Origin: Asterias rubens
Lineage: Eukaryota
DNA length: 64,000 nt
Direction: 5' to 3'
Assembly: GCF_902459465.1 (NCBI RefSeq)
Contig: NC_047069.1
Span: 4,588,001-4,652,000, forward strand
Shown: in pieces, positions 1 to 10,968 of the stretch
How positions within the stretch are numbered: the stretch's first letter is position 1
How the letters are laid out: every line of letters begins with the position of its first letter
Translations under genes and position numbers: made by a program
The notes under the pieces: generated by a model
What the model was told of the DNA's origin: nothing
What the model saw: only the letters and a program-made list of their open reading frames with translations
Database searches by the model: none

Positions 1-1318
1 AAGAGCCCACGAGCCTTCTACAGTAGTCGGGACCCAACAGTCTCACAAGAAAGCGGGTATTGGGAGAGTCGTGTGGTAGCTGTTTATAATGCTATCAATG
101 CATCAAAATCTAACGAGTTGTCCACCTAGTTTCTATATTAGGGCCTACAGAATGAAACCTGTAACTCCTGAAGTTAAGTACACTATACAATGTTAACCTA
201 CTGCAAACAATGAAAACAACAAGACAAGCCCACTGCACTGAGGTGTATAAATTGTACAATAATAATAATAATATATTGTACATTGATACTACATTGGAGC
301 ATGGAGGTAGATATACATTCATAAATACCCCAGACAGTTTCTCTACTCCTACTGGTGGAGAGCACGTCACGTGATGTTTAAACCTTCGATAATGACCAGC
401 TGGAGCTCTTTATAACAAGCTGGCTTCCGCGTGTCGTAAAAATGGGGCAAATCTGGTGACTAGTAGTACATGTACGTAGCCGTCGAAATTGATTTGAAGG
501 CGAGTTGATTGCACCTACCCAGTTGACGGTGTAGACTAGCGGCAAGACAACGCACTGCACTCAAAGCCATGCGCACTTGGGCTCACACTATCAATTGGTA
601 CATGATGATCATCAGCTAGTGCAGAACTTCAACATGTTTTCGGAAATAATTTCTTCCATGGATATATTTGTTCGCTGTAAACTCGTTGAAAATATAGTGA
701 GGGACACTATGGGAAAAGTTTTCGTATGGCGCCACCACTTTTTCATTCGATATGAAATAATATAGTATCTAATTTACCTCAATGATATATCCCTTTTTGT
801 AAAAATGAGTGAAAAAGTTATGGCGCCATACGGAAAGTTATCCACACTATGAATATAAGAAGGGAATTTCAACGTCTCAAATCAGGTAAAAAAATAAAGG
901 AAATTGTAGTCAAATTTGTGTTCGCATTGTAAAGAACCTTTATTATTATGTATGCCCAGGACGTCAGAGTGGCACTGACTGACGTCCTGTACCAGGGCTA
1001 GTGGGGTACTAAGTGTTGGACCAGATTGTCATTTGCCGATCAAAAGAATCTCATAACCCTCCGGCCTTCCGGCCGTCGGGAGGAGGGATACGTTATCGCA
1101 ACTATGTGATAATAGTAATACACCAGTGAGTCATTGATTGGTATAATATGGTCGGAATTGAATTCCACCTCCATCATCATCATTTCCATGCTGTAGAAAT
1201 GAATGGCGCGTCACGGTTAAATTGTTGGCATGTGATGATGACGGCACATTTATGACGGTAAATCTGTGATACAAAATAACTATACTTACCAGGATCTAAC
1301 ATCTTCGCAGGTTATCAT
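1..1318 (-). CDS. Possible 5' part of an unknown gene divergent from TAF7; exons 1318-1290, 1190-1124, 79-<1; MITCEDVRSCMEMMMMEVEFNSDHIIPINDSLLPHDSPNTRFLVRLLGPDYCRRLVGS...
   Basis: Donor G|GTAAGT at 1290/1289, acceptor TTTCTACAG at 1191, donor CTG|GTGTAT (weak) at 1124 and acceptor AAACAG at 80. Phases 2 then 0 join into one open frame. No recognisable homology. Confidence 0.4.
561..1001 (+). mobile_element. Non-autonomous Helitron-like repeat, copy 1, with a nested MITE
   Basis: Homologous to 16048-16351. Starts with TC and ends with a 10-bp stem hairpin (AGGACGTCAG/CTGACGTCCT, 958-988) followed by CTAG then T. The Helitron class is inferred from these termini only. Confidence 0.5.
711..844. 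mobile_element. ~134-bp MITE nested in the 561-1001 element
   Basis: Imperfect ~24-bp TIRs containing TTCGTATGGCGCCA, flanked by a direct repeat (A)CACTAT. Absent from the paralogous copy at about 16195. Confidence 0.75.
1054..1104. mobile_element. Mini palindromic element, left-truncated copy
   Basis: Right arm GGAGGGATACGTTATCGCAACTA matches the copies at 48737, 52980 and 53176. Confidence 0.7.
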
Positions 1319-1749
1319 GGAATTATAAATCACGGATCACTGAATGTTGTCATCGGAAATAAACTTCACAAACCGTGATAATTCAGTATATTCTGCTCTT
1401 CTTGTTAGTATGCGGCGGATGTCCGAACAACTCTCATCGAAATGGTCCGTGCGTAATAAATTTACAACATGTAGTTGAAGAGCCCCTCCTTCGTGTCCAT
1501 TTGCGAACTGGTCCTGATTTGAAATTTTGGCCGTGGTTTGTCGCGCCTGCTGAGAACAATGCAATATTTATTAATTATGGTAGACAGAGCATGTTTAATC
1601 CAGATATAGCCTAATTCAAATGAATGAGATGTTTTATTGAACAAACACAAAATTATAGCAGTCTTGTTCTTAATTGGGTTGAGTTCAATTCGGCAGACTG
1701 ATGTAAAGGGCCGCCCCAAGTGCTTGTGGAAGACCTTCTTATAATTCCC

Positions 1750-1765
1750 ACACAAGAGGGCGCTA
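1750..1765 (+). promoter_or_regulatory. CTCF-like motif between the divergent genes
   Basis: ACACAAGAGGGCGCTA matches 14/16 of a CCACTAGAGGGCGCTA-type consensus. Binding is not shown. Confidence 0.35.
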
Positions 1766-2647
1766 TCATCCGTACGCAATCTCAGCTCAGGAACTGGGAT
1801 TCCAGAGGTTGATGGTCAGAAATCGTTTATCAATATCCACAATTCTTGACATTATTTGAGGTAAGGTTTATCTCTAAAATCACTCAGTATCATACAGATG
1901 CATAGTGCCGCCACATGAATATAAAGTTACGTTGTCAAAACAAAAGAATATTTTGAAAAAAAAGCCTACGGCACAAAAATTAAATATCAGTGTAGGGGAC
2001 TGTATGCATGGGGATGGTGTAACTGTAGGTTACCACAAAAAGTTACCATTATTGCTGTATACTGCCAGTCAGATCGAGTGATGATATCATTGGATAAAGG
2101 TGCAGTGATCCGAGCTTTGCCATGCTCCCACAAGACCAGCTTTCCACCAAGTCGGGGCCCCATGCGGATTCCCCCCGTGCCGGGCCCCCAATGCAGCTGG
2201 GCGAGAGCCCCGCAGCGCAGCCCTCCTCGGTCGTTCTCTATTACTCCTTAGCGGACCGCATCTTCACGTAATGCTCATGGGGCAATTGGGTTCAAATCTC
2301 CCAGCTAACTGCTGATTTCACAAGGACTAGAATAAATCTTGTCGTCTAGTTACTGAATCACAATTTCTTGATTTGTGTAATTTATAATCATAGACGTTAA
2401 ACCAATGTTTGTATGAGAGAGATTGGCTGTTGTCAGCTTGGTGTTTATATCCCTTTGTGGGAGTTTGTCGAGTTCCTTTGATGAGGAGATCATTTGAACA
2501 AACAATAAATTTGCTGAGCAGTATTTTCGGAATTTTAGCTTTAATTAAACAGCTTTTTTATAAAATTGTGCCTATGGGCTGTTCATGCTGCGGTTGTGCA
2601 TTGATGTCAATCTTACTGGGCCCAGATAACTGCTTACAGCAGAATTA

Positions 2648-2812
2648 TGCTTACTGTGCAAGCGCCGAATTTCCGATTTCCCCTCCCCCCACCCCCCCTC
2701 ATCCCCCTAGCTGTGTAAGCGAAGAATGCATTAGTAGCGTGGAGTACGTACGCGCACAACCATAATTTCCCTGCTATGCTTTCCCGTGATACGCTTGGCG
2801 TGATGCACATAA
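2648..2812 (+). repeat. Dispersed repeat fragment, related copy at about 6490-6610
   Basis: Shared blocks GCAAGCGCC.AATTT, CTGTGTA.GCGAAGAATGC, GAGTACG, TTCCCTGC and ATACGCTTG.CGT. Confidence 0.6.
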
Positions 2813-3326
2813 TTGCCTGCCTCAAAAAGTAAACACCAATTCTTTGCTTATGGTTCCAACATCAATCAAACAGAGTTAGAGCCTAAGCTGAAGTTTGAAA
2901 ACAGCTCTAACCAACGGACTCCTGTATTCAATTGTGGAGCCACGCAGCTATATTTAATAAATTAAATAAACACCCGTCTGAGACCAGTGTCTTTTTAGCC
3001 CATACAGGCGCAAGTGCTGTACGCCATCATTGATTGGCAATGGCAGCGCAGCAAGGCTTTGTACACAAAGACGTGAGAAAGCCAGTTGTCTTTTTAGCAG
3101 TATAAACTATTTAAATACACCAACAATCTCTGTCACTCCCATTGAATCCTGCATTGCACGCATGTCTTACAGAAGAAATGTACACACAATACATACTGTC
3201 TGTAGGGCCAGTGTGGCATGAGATTCTGTCACGCTCCACAATTTATACCTTAAGCACAGTTTATAGCAAAAACAAAAGATGTTGCACTTATTAATGATTT
3301 CAAACTTGTTTCTTGACAGAATCAAG

Positions 3327-6300
3327 ATGAGTAGCAGTGGCAGTAAGGCCGGTGGCAAGGCCAAGAGTAAGTCACCGGCTAATGCACGACGGTCAACAGC
3401 AGGTAGCAGGCCAAGACCAGGTGGCAAGTCTAACAGCAGACCTGGCAGTAGACCAAACAGCAGACCTGGTGGAAGACCCAACAGTCGTCCTGGTGGCCGG
3501 CCTGGGGCAAACCGAAATGGAAGCAGGTATGATAACAAACTGGGTATAAAGGCTGTGCATCTTTTTTATGGGACTGGACACTATTGGTAATTATTCAAAA
3601 TAATTCTTAGAATAAAACCTTACATGGTAACTAGTGATAGAGAGCTGTTGATATTATAAAACATTGTGAGAAACAGCTCCCTCTGAAGTAACATAGTTTT
3701 TGAGAAAGAAGTAATTTCTCTCTAAAGTAATTGAATTTGATTTTAAGACCTCAGAATTAGATTTTGAGGTCTCGAATTCAAGCATCTGAAAGCACACAAC
3801 TTGTGCAACAAGTGTTTTTTTCCCCATTATTCTCTCGCAACTTTGACGACCAAATGAGCTCAAGTGAGAAGAGTGGTCTTTGACAATTACCGATAGTGTC
3901 CAGTGTCTTTAAACCTTGCCGGCGCTCTTCCAACTGAGCTGTCGAGCTCTATAAATGGCAGTCTCCCTATCAATAACTTTCTTCAGGGTTGCCAGTCAGA
4001 AGCCATTCAACCTGTAACTGCAATATAGTCAGGGATCACACCCAATTTTTTTCAATACAACCTGCCAGCAGAGGGATCAGGTTAAGGGGAATGTGAGTTT
4101 TATCTCAAATATCAAGTAATAAAACACAAGAGAAACTAACTGGGTTAATTAAGTTTTATAGTTTGGTTTCATCTTCCATTGAAAATTTACATACCAATTT
4201 TGTACACAAAGGATGCTGCCCCCTCCTTACTAAATCACCGATCCCTGTTGATTGAGACCCCCTCTAGTATGTGTGGGATGGTCCAGTTTAGGGTATCATG
4301 GCATATGAGTTCATAAGGTTAGCCTAAAGTGATTAGCCTGGACAGTATGAATTATTGGGCTCTATTATGGAACCTCTGGGAACTTAAAAGGGTTTGGGTA
4401 CTTTTTGTACGACACAACACACGATGTTCACAGATTTACATAAAACTTACACGGTTTAAAAACTTTTACAGGTAAATTATATTAACATCTTCATTCACAG
4501 TGAGTAGAAATTCATGTCATGGCCAAAAACTTGATCTACAAAAGGTATCAACACTCTTTAAGGTAGACCTAAATATCTCTTTTGTCAATAGGCCAGGAAC
4601 CCCTAAAGGTGGAGGCGGTGGAAGATCAACACCTAATAGCAGACAAGGTGGTGCAAGTAGCAAGATGAATCCAGCCACACTACGCAGAGACGAGCATCTA
4701 CCAGAAATGGAGAATCACTTCATTCTAAGAATGCCACAGGTCACCATGCTACTACTATTCAATTCATTTCAATTCGAGTCAACATTTATTTCATACTAAC
4801 ATATTACTTAGTAAAAGATTACTTAGATAAGCAAAATCATAAGCACAGAGTATGAAGGTAAAATAGTTAATCTATGTAAACCAAAGAGGCTGTCGGATTA
4901 AGCCACTGCTTGTAGAAGACAGCCTAGACAGACAAACAACAAACAAGGAGACAAGACAAGCGGGTAACAAGAAATATACCAAAAAAACATACTGGGTTGG
5001 TATGAGAGAAATATAGGAGCTGGACTGACTATAATTGAGAGCTATGCCACAAAATAGGAGAAAAAGGAATCTACAAATTGTTGTCAAAACTTATTGTCAA
5101 ATTCATTTTTATGTGTGAAATATTTTCAAACCTCATTTTGACAGTTGGAATCTTTTTTTGTACAGCATGCAAGCGGTGAATTGAGGAAGTTGGTGAACAT
5201 AGGTAGCCAAGCTGTTAAAGACAAACTAGCAATAGAGATCATGTGTAAGTTTTCTCAAAACCAAGTAATTTGAGTTTTGTGCCATACAGTGAACGATTGT
5301 GAATGGTGTACGATTCAAAGAATTGTAGTGCTTTGTGGAAGCAAGCCTTGCCTTCATGCTGATATGTATATATCATCTTTGTAAACTAATCAGTTTGTTT
5401 TAAGGAAATAAATGTTAATGAATTAAAATTAAATTAAATTTCAATGTGAAATGAAACATTGTCCAAAAAACCCCAATTGTGATTCATATTGTTGTTTTGG
5501 TACAAGGTTTTTGATCCTTGTAAACTTTCCTTTTCCTGCAGCTGATATGCGCCACGGAACTGTCAAATTTAATGATGAAGTATTCTCTGCAAAAGTAAGT
5601 AAGATTAAGCAAGTTTCAAGAAGGTCTGCTTAAATCACCTTTGATACCTGGCCCATGGTTTAGGTGTGGATCGGGAGGGGGGGGGGGGTGGCAGAGATTT
5701 CTCCATGTTCATCTGGAAGAATAACTGGAGCTCAATAACAAAACCTAGAGGAACTTAACCAAGTGTGTACTACAGAAGTGAACATGGGAAACTGATCTGT
5801 CTGGCTTCATTTTTCATCCATAAATTGGAATTGGTAAAATGAACACCTTTACTGAAGTTTGAATGGACATTCCTAATGAATCTATTCAATAGTGTGCCGC
5901 CACTGTTGTTTTTTGTGGACATAATGGAAGATTGAAAGTGCAGTTTGTCTTGTTGTAATTTTATGTTTGATCTTGTCCCATCATCAGCTGATGGACCTGC
6001 CCTGCATTCTAGAATCTCACAAGACGATTGATAAGAAGACATTTTGGAAGACTGCTGATATTGACCAGGTAATCGCATGTTTTTTTTCTTCATCTTATTA
6101 ATGAGATTTGATTGTTCAGTAATAACATTTTGTTGCAGCTACCACAAGTTATTTGGTCATGGCCGAGTGGTTACAAAAATGTCTACATCCTTTCCTTTTT
6201 GTAGATGCTTGTGTGCAGCACAGAGGAGCAGACTCTGGAGACGGATCAGAAAGAAAAGGAAGCGGAGGAGAAGGGATTGAAAAAGACAGACAGAGTTGAT

Positions 6301-9300
6301 AAGAAGTTTATACAAAATCATGGAGGTGAGTAGATTATAACAGCTACATCAACCTTGATTGCAGTGCAGCCATTTTGGATTTCTTTGTTTCAAATGAATG
6401 TATGAAAATGAGGCTGGGAGTAATATTGGCCACGGTCCATTTTCATGGCCCTGCTTACAACCAAATTCTGCGCTAATGATCACCATTCTCTGCTTGCATG
6501 GCAAGCGCCAAATTTCTTTGCTAACTGTGTACGCGAAGAATGCCTAATAACATTGAGTACGCATGAGCCAAAATTCCCTGCCAACATGTGAAATACGCTT
6601 GACGTAAGCAAGGAATTCCCTGCTTCCGCTGATTACAGTAAGCAGAGCCATGAAAATGAGCCCTGATCCATTTTTAGAATGGTAGTAGACCTTATAAAGA
6701 TTAGCATGATGTGATAGTTTGTTTTTGCTTTGTTATTGGTCAACCCTTCAGAGAGTGAGACCATAGTGTCTGCAGGTGTTTGTTACCAAAGTGACCACGT
6801 GTGCAAGGTCTGTGTTTCACTCGAATGCATCTAATCAATCGACTGGTCAAAATCTAGGTCACCTAATGGCCTGTCTGTTCATTGTCATAAATTTATCTAC
6901 ATAACTTGAGCTTTTCTTGCAGTTAGTTTTAAATAATTCGTTTTCTTGCAGTTACTCCGCCACTGAAGAATGTTAGGAAAAGGCGATTCAGAAAGACGGC
7001 AAAGAAGAAGGTATGAATAGATTAGAATTAAATACTGAAATAATATAATGAAGACTGATACTGCACAGCTTGTTTCAATTGACATTGTGACTTAAACCTC
7101 TTTCCATTACATATTTGTCCTGTTTTTCCTTTGACAGTATATTGAAGCCCCTGATGTCGAGGAAGAGGTCAAGAGGTTACTGAGAATGGACAGCACTGCA
7201 ATCAAGATTCGTATCCTTTCATTACATTTTATCTGGGTATGAAGCCAGAGACTCTCAGAAAGGTTAACTTAATCACTGTACTAGCCAGGAACCTAAGTGG
7301 AGAGAAGACATGGAAGGAAGTATCAGTTATTTAAACTAAGGTACTAGTGTTGCCAATGATGCATCCTACTTTGATAATGACATGGATAGATTCAACATTC
7401 TTTATGAAAATACAGTTTTTCGCTCAATCTATTGTATTCAACTGAAACTTTCATAGGTGACTTTCGTCTATAAATCAGCATTACATTGACATAAACCAAA
7501 GGATGGCTCTACTTTTACACATCAAGTAAAACTAACCCACAAATTTAAGTGTTTATGTTTAATTGTGCAAAGTTTAATTGATGTTGACATGGATTTCTGC
7601 TGGGCATATATCTGGAAGGGTTGTTCATTAAGGTTCCATTAAAGCATTATGTTCCTTATGGAGGCAATGTTCTAATTTGATAGGGTGGGAAGTTTTAGCA
7701 GAAGAGGATGTTAAAGATGAGAGTCGTTTGGACCCTACCATACCTGGTGTATCTCATGGCTCTGGTCAGTACACATTATATCTGTGCTTTTAAAACATTT
7801 GACGCAAATAATAGTTATAATAATATTAACTAGTTCTTATATAACGTTATTTCACAATAACATCTCAATGGGCTTTACGATAGTGCCGCCCTGGTCGTTG
7901 GGCCAATAACATTCTTATAATCTGTCTCAGCTCCCTGGGGAGTACAAAGATTATAATTTGGTTTTTACCCTTGCACCGATGTAACTTAATACTTGGCAAG
8001 TTCCCGAGTTCTGTGAACAAATCCACAGGCAAATTACTCCGATTGGGTTCAAACCCATAGAGTTAGTTTCAGATTGTGTGTTTTCAAAACCACTTTTGCA
8101 CAGTCCAGTAGGATTTTATATTGAACACTTTTGTTTTTTTGCAGCCGAGGGCGACGACCTCACCCGCATCTTTGGCGATGTGAGCAGCTCTGAAGAAGAA
8201 GATGAAGACATCAATATCTTAGACATGGACGAGGATACCAGAGACTCTGTAATGATGGGTGAGGAGCTACTGGGAGGAGAGGAGGAAGAAGAGGATGGGA
8301 TGGATCAAGAAGATGAAGATTCCAAGATGGGAATGGAGGAGACAGAGCAACCAAGTAAGTCCAAATATCAGCAAATTAGGTTCAGATTTTCAGGAGCGTT
8401 TAAGTTCATTTCAGGAATTTTTAAGAGCTGAAGTTAGTTTATTTAAATTTTGCTAAATGGAAATTTCTTTTAAGCTTAGGCTTGCGTTTCAATTTTTGGT
8501 TACTGTACAAGTGCATTTTATTGTTTGTATTTCGTGCCCAGAGCACTTTTATTGATTTGTGCACTTTATAAGTTTTCATTATTATTATTATTCTTTTAGA
8601 CGAGTTCATGAATCGCCTTGAAGAACTACGGAAGGAATTGGCAGACTTGGAGGAAAGAAAGCAAGCCCATGAGGAGTCCATCCGCACAGTCGATAACATG
8701 TTACTCAAGGTAAAGCTAAATGCGTATAGGATAATGCCCAAGAAGCCACCACTCATGGGTAGTAATATTTGTATCCCATGAATGGCATGTACACCAAGGG
8801 CATGATGCAACTTAACCTTCACATGTGATATCATGCTACATGTAAAGTGTTCCAGCACTCCATTATTTGGCACAAAATAATGATGTGATATTGTTTTAAG
8901 GTAGCCATTGCCCCATTCGTTCAAATAATGGAGCGACGGAAAAATGGCATGACAGCACAGGTGGAGATTAACAAGTAATAAACCACAAGGTTAAGCTGTG
9001 TACAATTACAAACTAAAATAAGACCTCTTTGTATATTGAGTAGTACAAGTCCACGCACAAAATGTGCTGTTTGTAGTTACCATGTGTTTAAATATAACCA
9101 TTTGGATGAAATAAGATAAGCGGTTGAAAGAACCCACAAACAATATTTTTACATTTTTTTATGCAAGACATTTTATTGGTGATTAATTAAAATTAACACT
9201 TATTGACAAAATAGGACGACGGGGGGCATGAGAGCTCAGTTGGTTGGTCTTGTAAACTTGTTGTTGTTCAACCCAAAATTACATATAGTATTTACAAAAA

Positions 9301-10248
9301 CAACTTAAAAACACAATAAACAAATTTTCGTTATAACATACAAATTATTCGTACACTTATGCTTGCTCCAGGCTGGATCAGGGAAAAGAGTAGCATTTCC
9401 TTAAGCAGGCATGATAATTGGTTCATGAACAAACGCAGGGAAATGTTATTGGGTACAAGGATGAACAAACGCAGGGAAATGTTATTGGGTACAAGGATGA
9501 ACAAACGCAGGGAAATGTTATTGGGTACAAGGACTGACCTACATAAGGTGTGGGGTTTAACCAGGCTAGTGAATAAAAAATTGTCTGACTTTTCGAAATC
9601 AGACGTAAGTAGGAAGAATATCATGCCTGCATAAGATGATCAAATTATTTGTTTGATTATTTGCTTGTTTAATTTTTTTTACACAAAATGTTCAGAACAT
9701 AACAATGACTGGAAATGCAGATTTTTAAATACATCTAGAGAAATTTGACCAAGATTTGTTTTGTGACTGTTGTTTGTTTCTAGGATCGGTTCCAAGCTCT
9801 GCTGGATGGTCTTCTTGAGGACATTCAAATCAGACAGAAAGAGGTTAGTCCCGTCAAAACAAATAACATGAAGTAAAGTGTTGCAGGGAGCCAGTTAAAA
9901 AAACAAAATGAATTACATGGCTTTGTTTGGCTGGTAACCTGGTTCAGCTACGCAAATTTGTTTTGTGCTAAGCAATTGGCCTACTTCCTAAATTTTGTTT
10001 ATTCTCAGAACACAGTTTTGCAAACAGATTGATTATGCCCTTCTGATCAACAACACAATATTTCGCTGCTTCAGTGTAATCCCTCGCTTATTTGTTGTTG
10101 TTATTTTATTTTAAAGGCCAAAAACAGATAAACTGGTGTTCCCTTGGGACCTTTTGATTCTTTCCAGTTGCTGTTCTTTAATTTGATAACAATTCTGTTT
10201 TCTTTTTTGTAGGTGGAGACATTGGAGGCACTTATTGGTGATGGCTGA
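3327..10248 (+). CDS. TAF7: Transcription initiation factor TFIID subunit 7, ~436 aa. Coding exons 3327-3526, 4592-4739, 5166-5244, 5542-5594, 5988-6068, 6205-6325, 6952-7010, 7138-7210, 7684-7764, 8145-8354, 8600-8709, 9784-9843, 10213-10248
   Basis: TAFII55 motifs [77 protein letters not shown] and RWEV, then an acidic stretch and a C-terminal coiled coil. All junctions are GT-AG and phase-consistent. Confidence 0.95.
3570..3913. mobile_element. Abundant ~380-bp MITE (TIR AAAGGCAGTGGACACTATTG), in TAF7 intron
   Basis: Terminal inverted repeats and an internal TTCGAGACCTC/GAGGTCTCGAA palindrome shared with the copies at 32424, 36994, 41188 and 53286. Confidence 0.85.
3915..4150 (-). mobile_element. 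Composite repeat with a tRNA-like module at its 3' side
   Basis: Homologous to 12115-12337 (-) and 20000-20295 (+). Confidence 0.65.
7211..7683 (+). other. U12-type (minor spliceosome) GT-AG intron of TAF7
   Basis: 5' site GTATCCTTT. Branch-like TTCCTTAT (7652-7659) or GTTCTAAT near the 3' end. No polypyrimidine tract. The junction restores IRWEV. Confidence 0.8.
7975..8062 (-). mobile_element. tRNA-derived SINE fragment
   Basis: Shares GTTCTGTGA..AAATCACAGGCATATTACT..GGTGGGATTCGAACCC with the copies at 29178, 36165, 37520 and 44983. Confidence 0.65.
9425..9532 (+). repeat. Three perfect 36-bp tandem units (intronic)
   Basis: ATGAACAAACGCAGGGAAATGTTATTGGGTACAAGG x3 with no spacers. Confidence 0.95.
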
Positions 10249-10968
10249 AGAAAAGATGAAACTAAAGTCCGGGTTGTCACAACTTAAATGTACATGTATT
10301 TTATAAATTATTATGTTCTTGATCTGAGGACATTATTTACAACAGAGAAATTGGATCAGGGTTATTTATAAAAAGTGACTCCAGAATGGAACTTTGAACA
10401 AGTATTCCTTTCTCTGTACATTTTTTTCCCAATCAATAACTCATTTATAACACAGGTGTAACAATGGTTATTGTCAAAGACCAGTATCCTCACTTGATGT
10501 GACCCAACATATAGATAAAATAAATAACCAGAGAAAAAAAACCTTCAGTTTTTAAACATTAAGTTTTTGACTTGCAAGATAAAAACATACCCTAGGCAGG
10601 GGAATAACTTAGTAGAGTGGTGCTACGACATGATGTGATCATTCATTTGTAATACCACTAGGTACTAGACAAATATGCCCATGTCATTTTATAATGAGGC
10701 ATGTTGGAATGAAGTAGTCATCAGGTTGTTTCTAAATATGCCACTTCAATTGCACATGTTGATACTGGACTCCAGACAATGCTGACTGTGTAATCCGTTC
10801 TCCTGTTTATAACATGTTAAACTTGTGCCGTCTGATGAAGTCTTAAAGTTCTTCCAAAAGGCATTCAGCAATGTTGGTTGAAACATCAGCAGAATGATGA
10901 ACTCTCAAGGTGTAACATGAGAATAAAAAGCTTGTGCGGATGATTGCAGTCATGTGTTTTGCTATGGG

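Noticed and set aside
2140-2270. GC-rich patch upstream of TAF7 as a first exon
   Set aside because: Only a weak donor (CAC|GTAATG), and a better donor exists at 1861; cannot be decided from sequence alone.
3167-3581. Antisense or off-frame ORFs over TAF7 exon 1, and similar shadows at 8439, 14336, 27125, 34750, 44526 and 61511-63592
   Set aside because: Shadows of real coding exons with low-complexity codon usage.
9425-9532. 36-bp repeats as a CRISPR array, and ORFs 9331-9624 and 9359-9634 as genes
   Set aside because: No spacers, eukaryotic intron context, and the ORFs arise from a stop-free 3n repeat unit.
10832-10890. CTGATGA...GAAAC hammerhead-like motif between TAF7 and FRG1
   Set aside because: No convincing stem II between the core halves and no GTH cleavage triplet; at most a decayed remnant.
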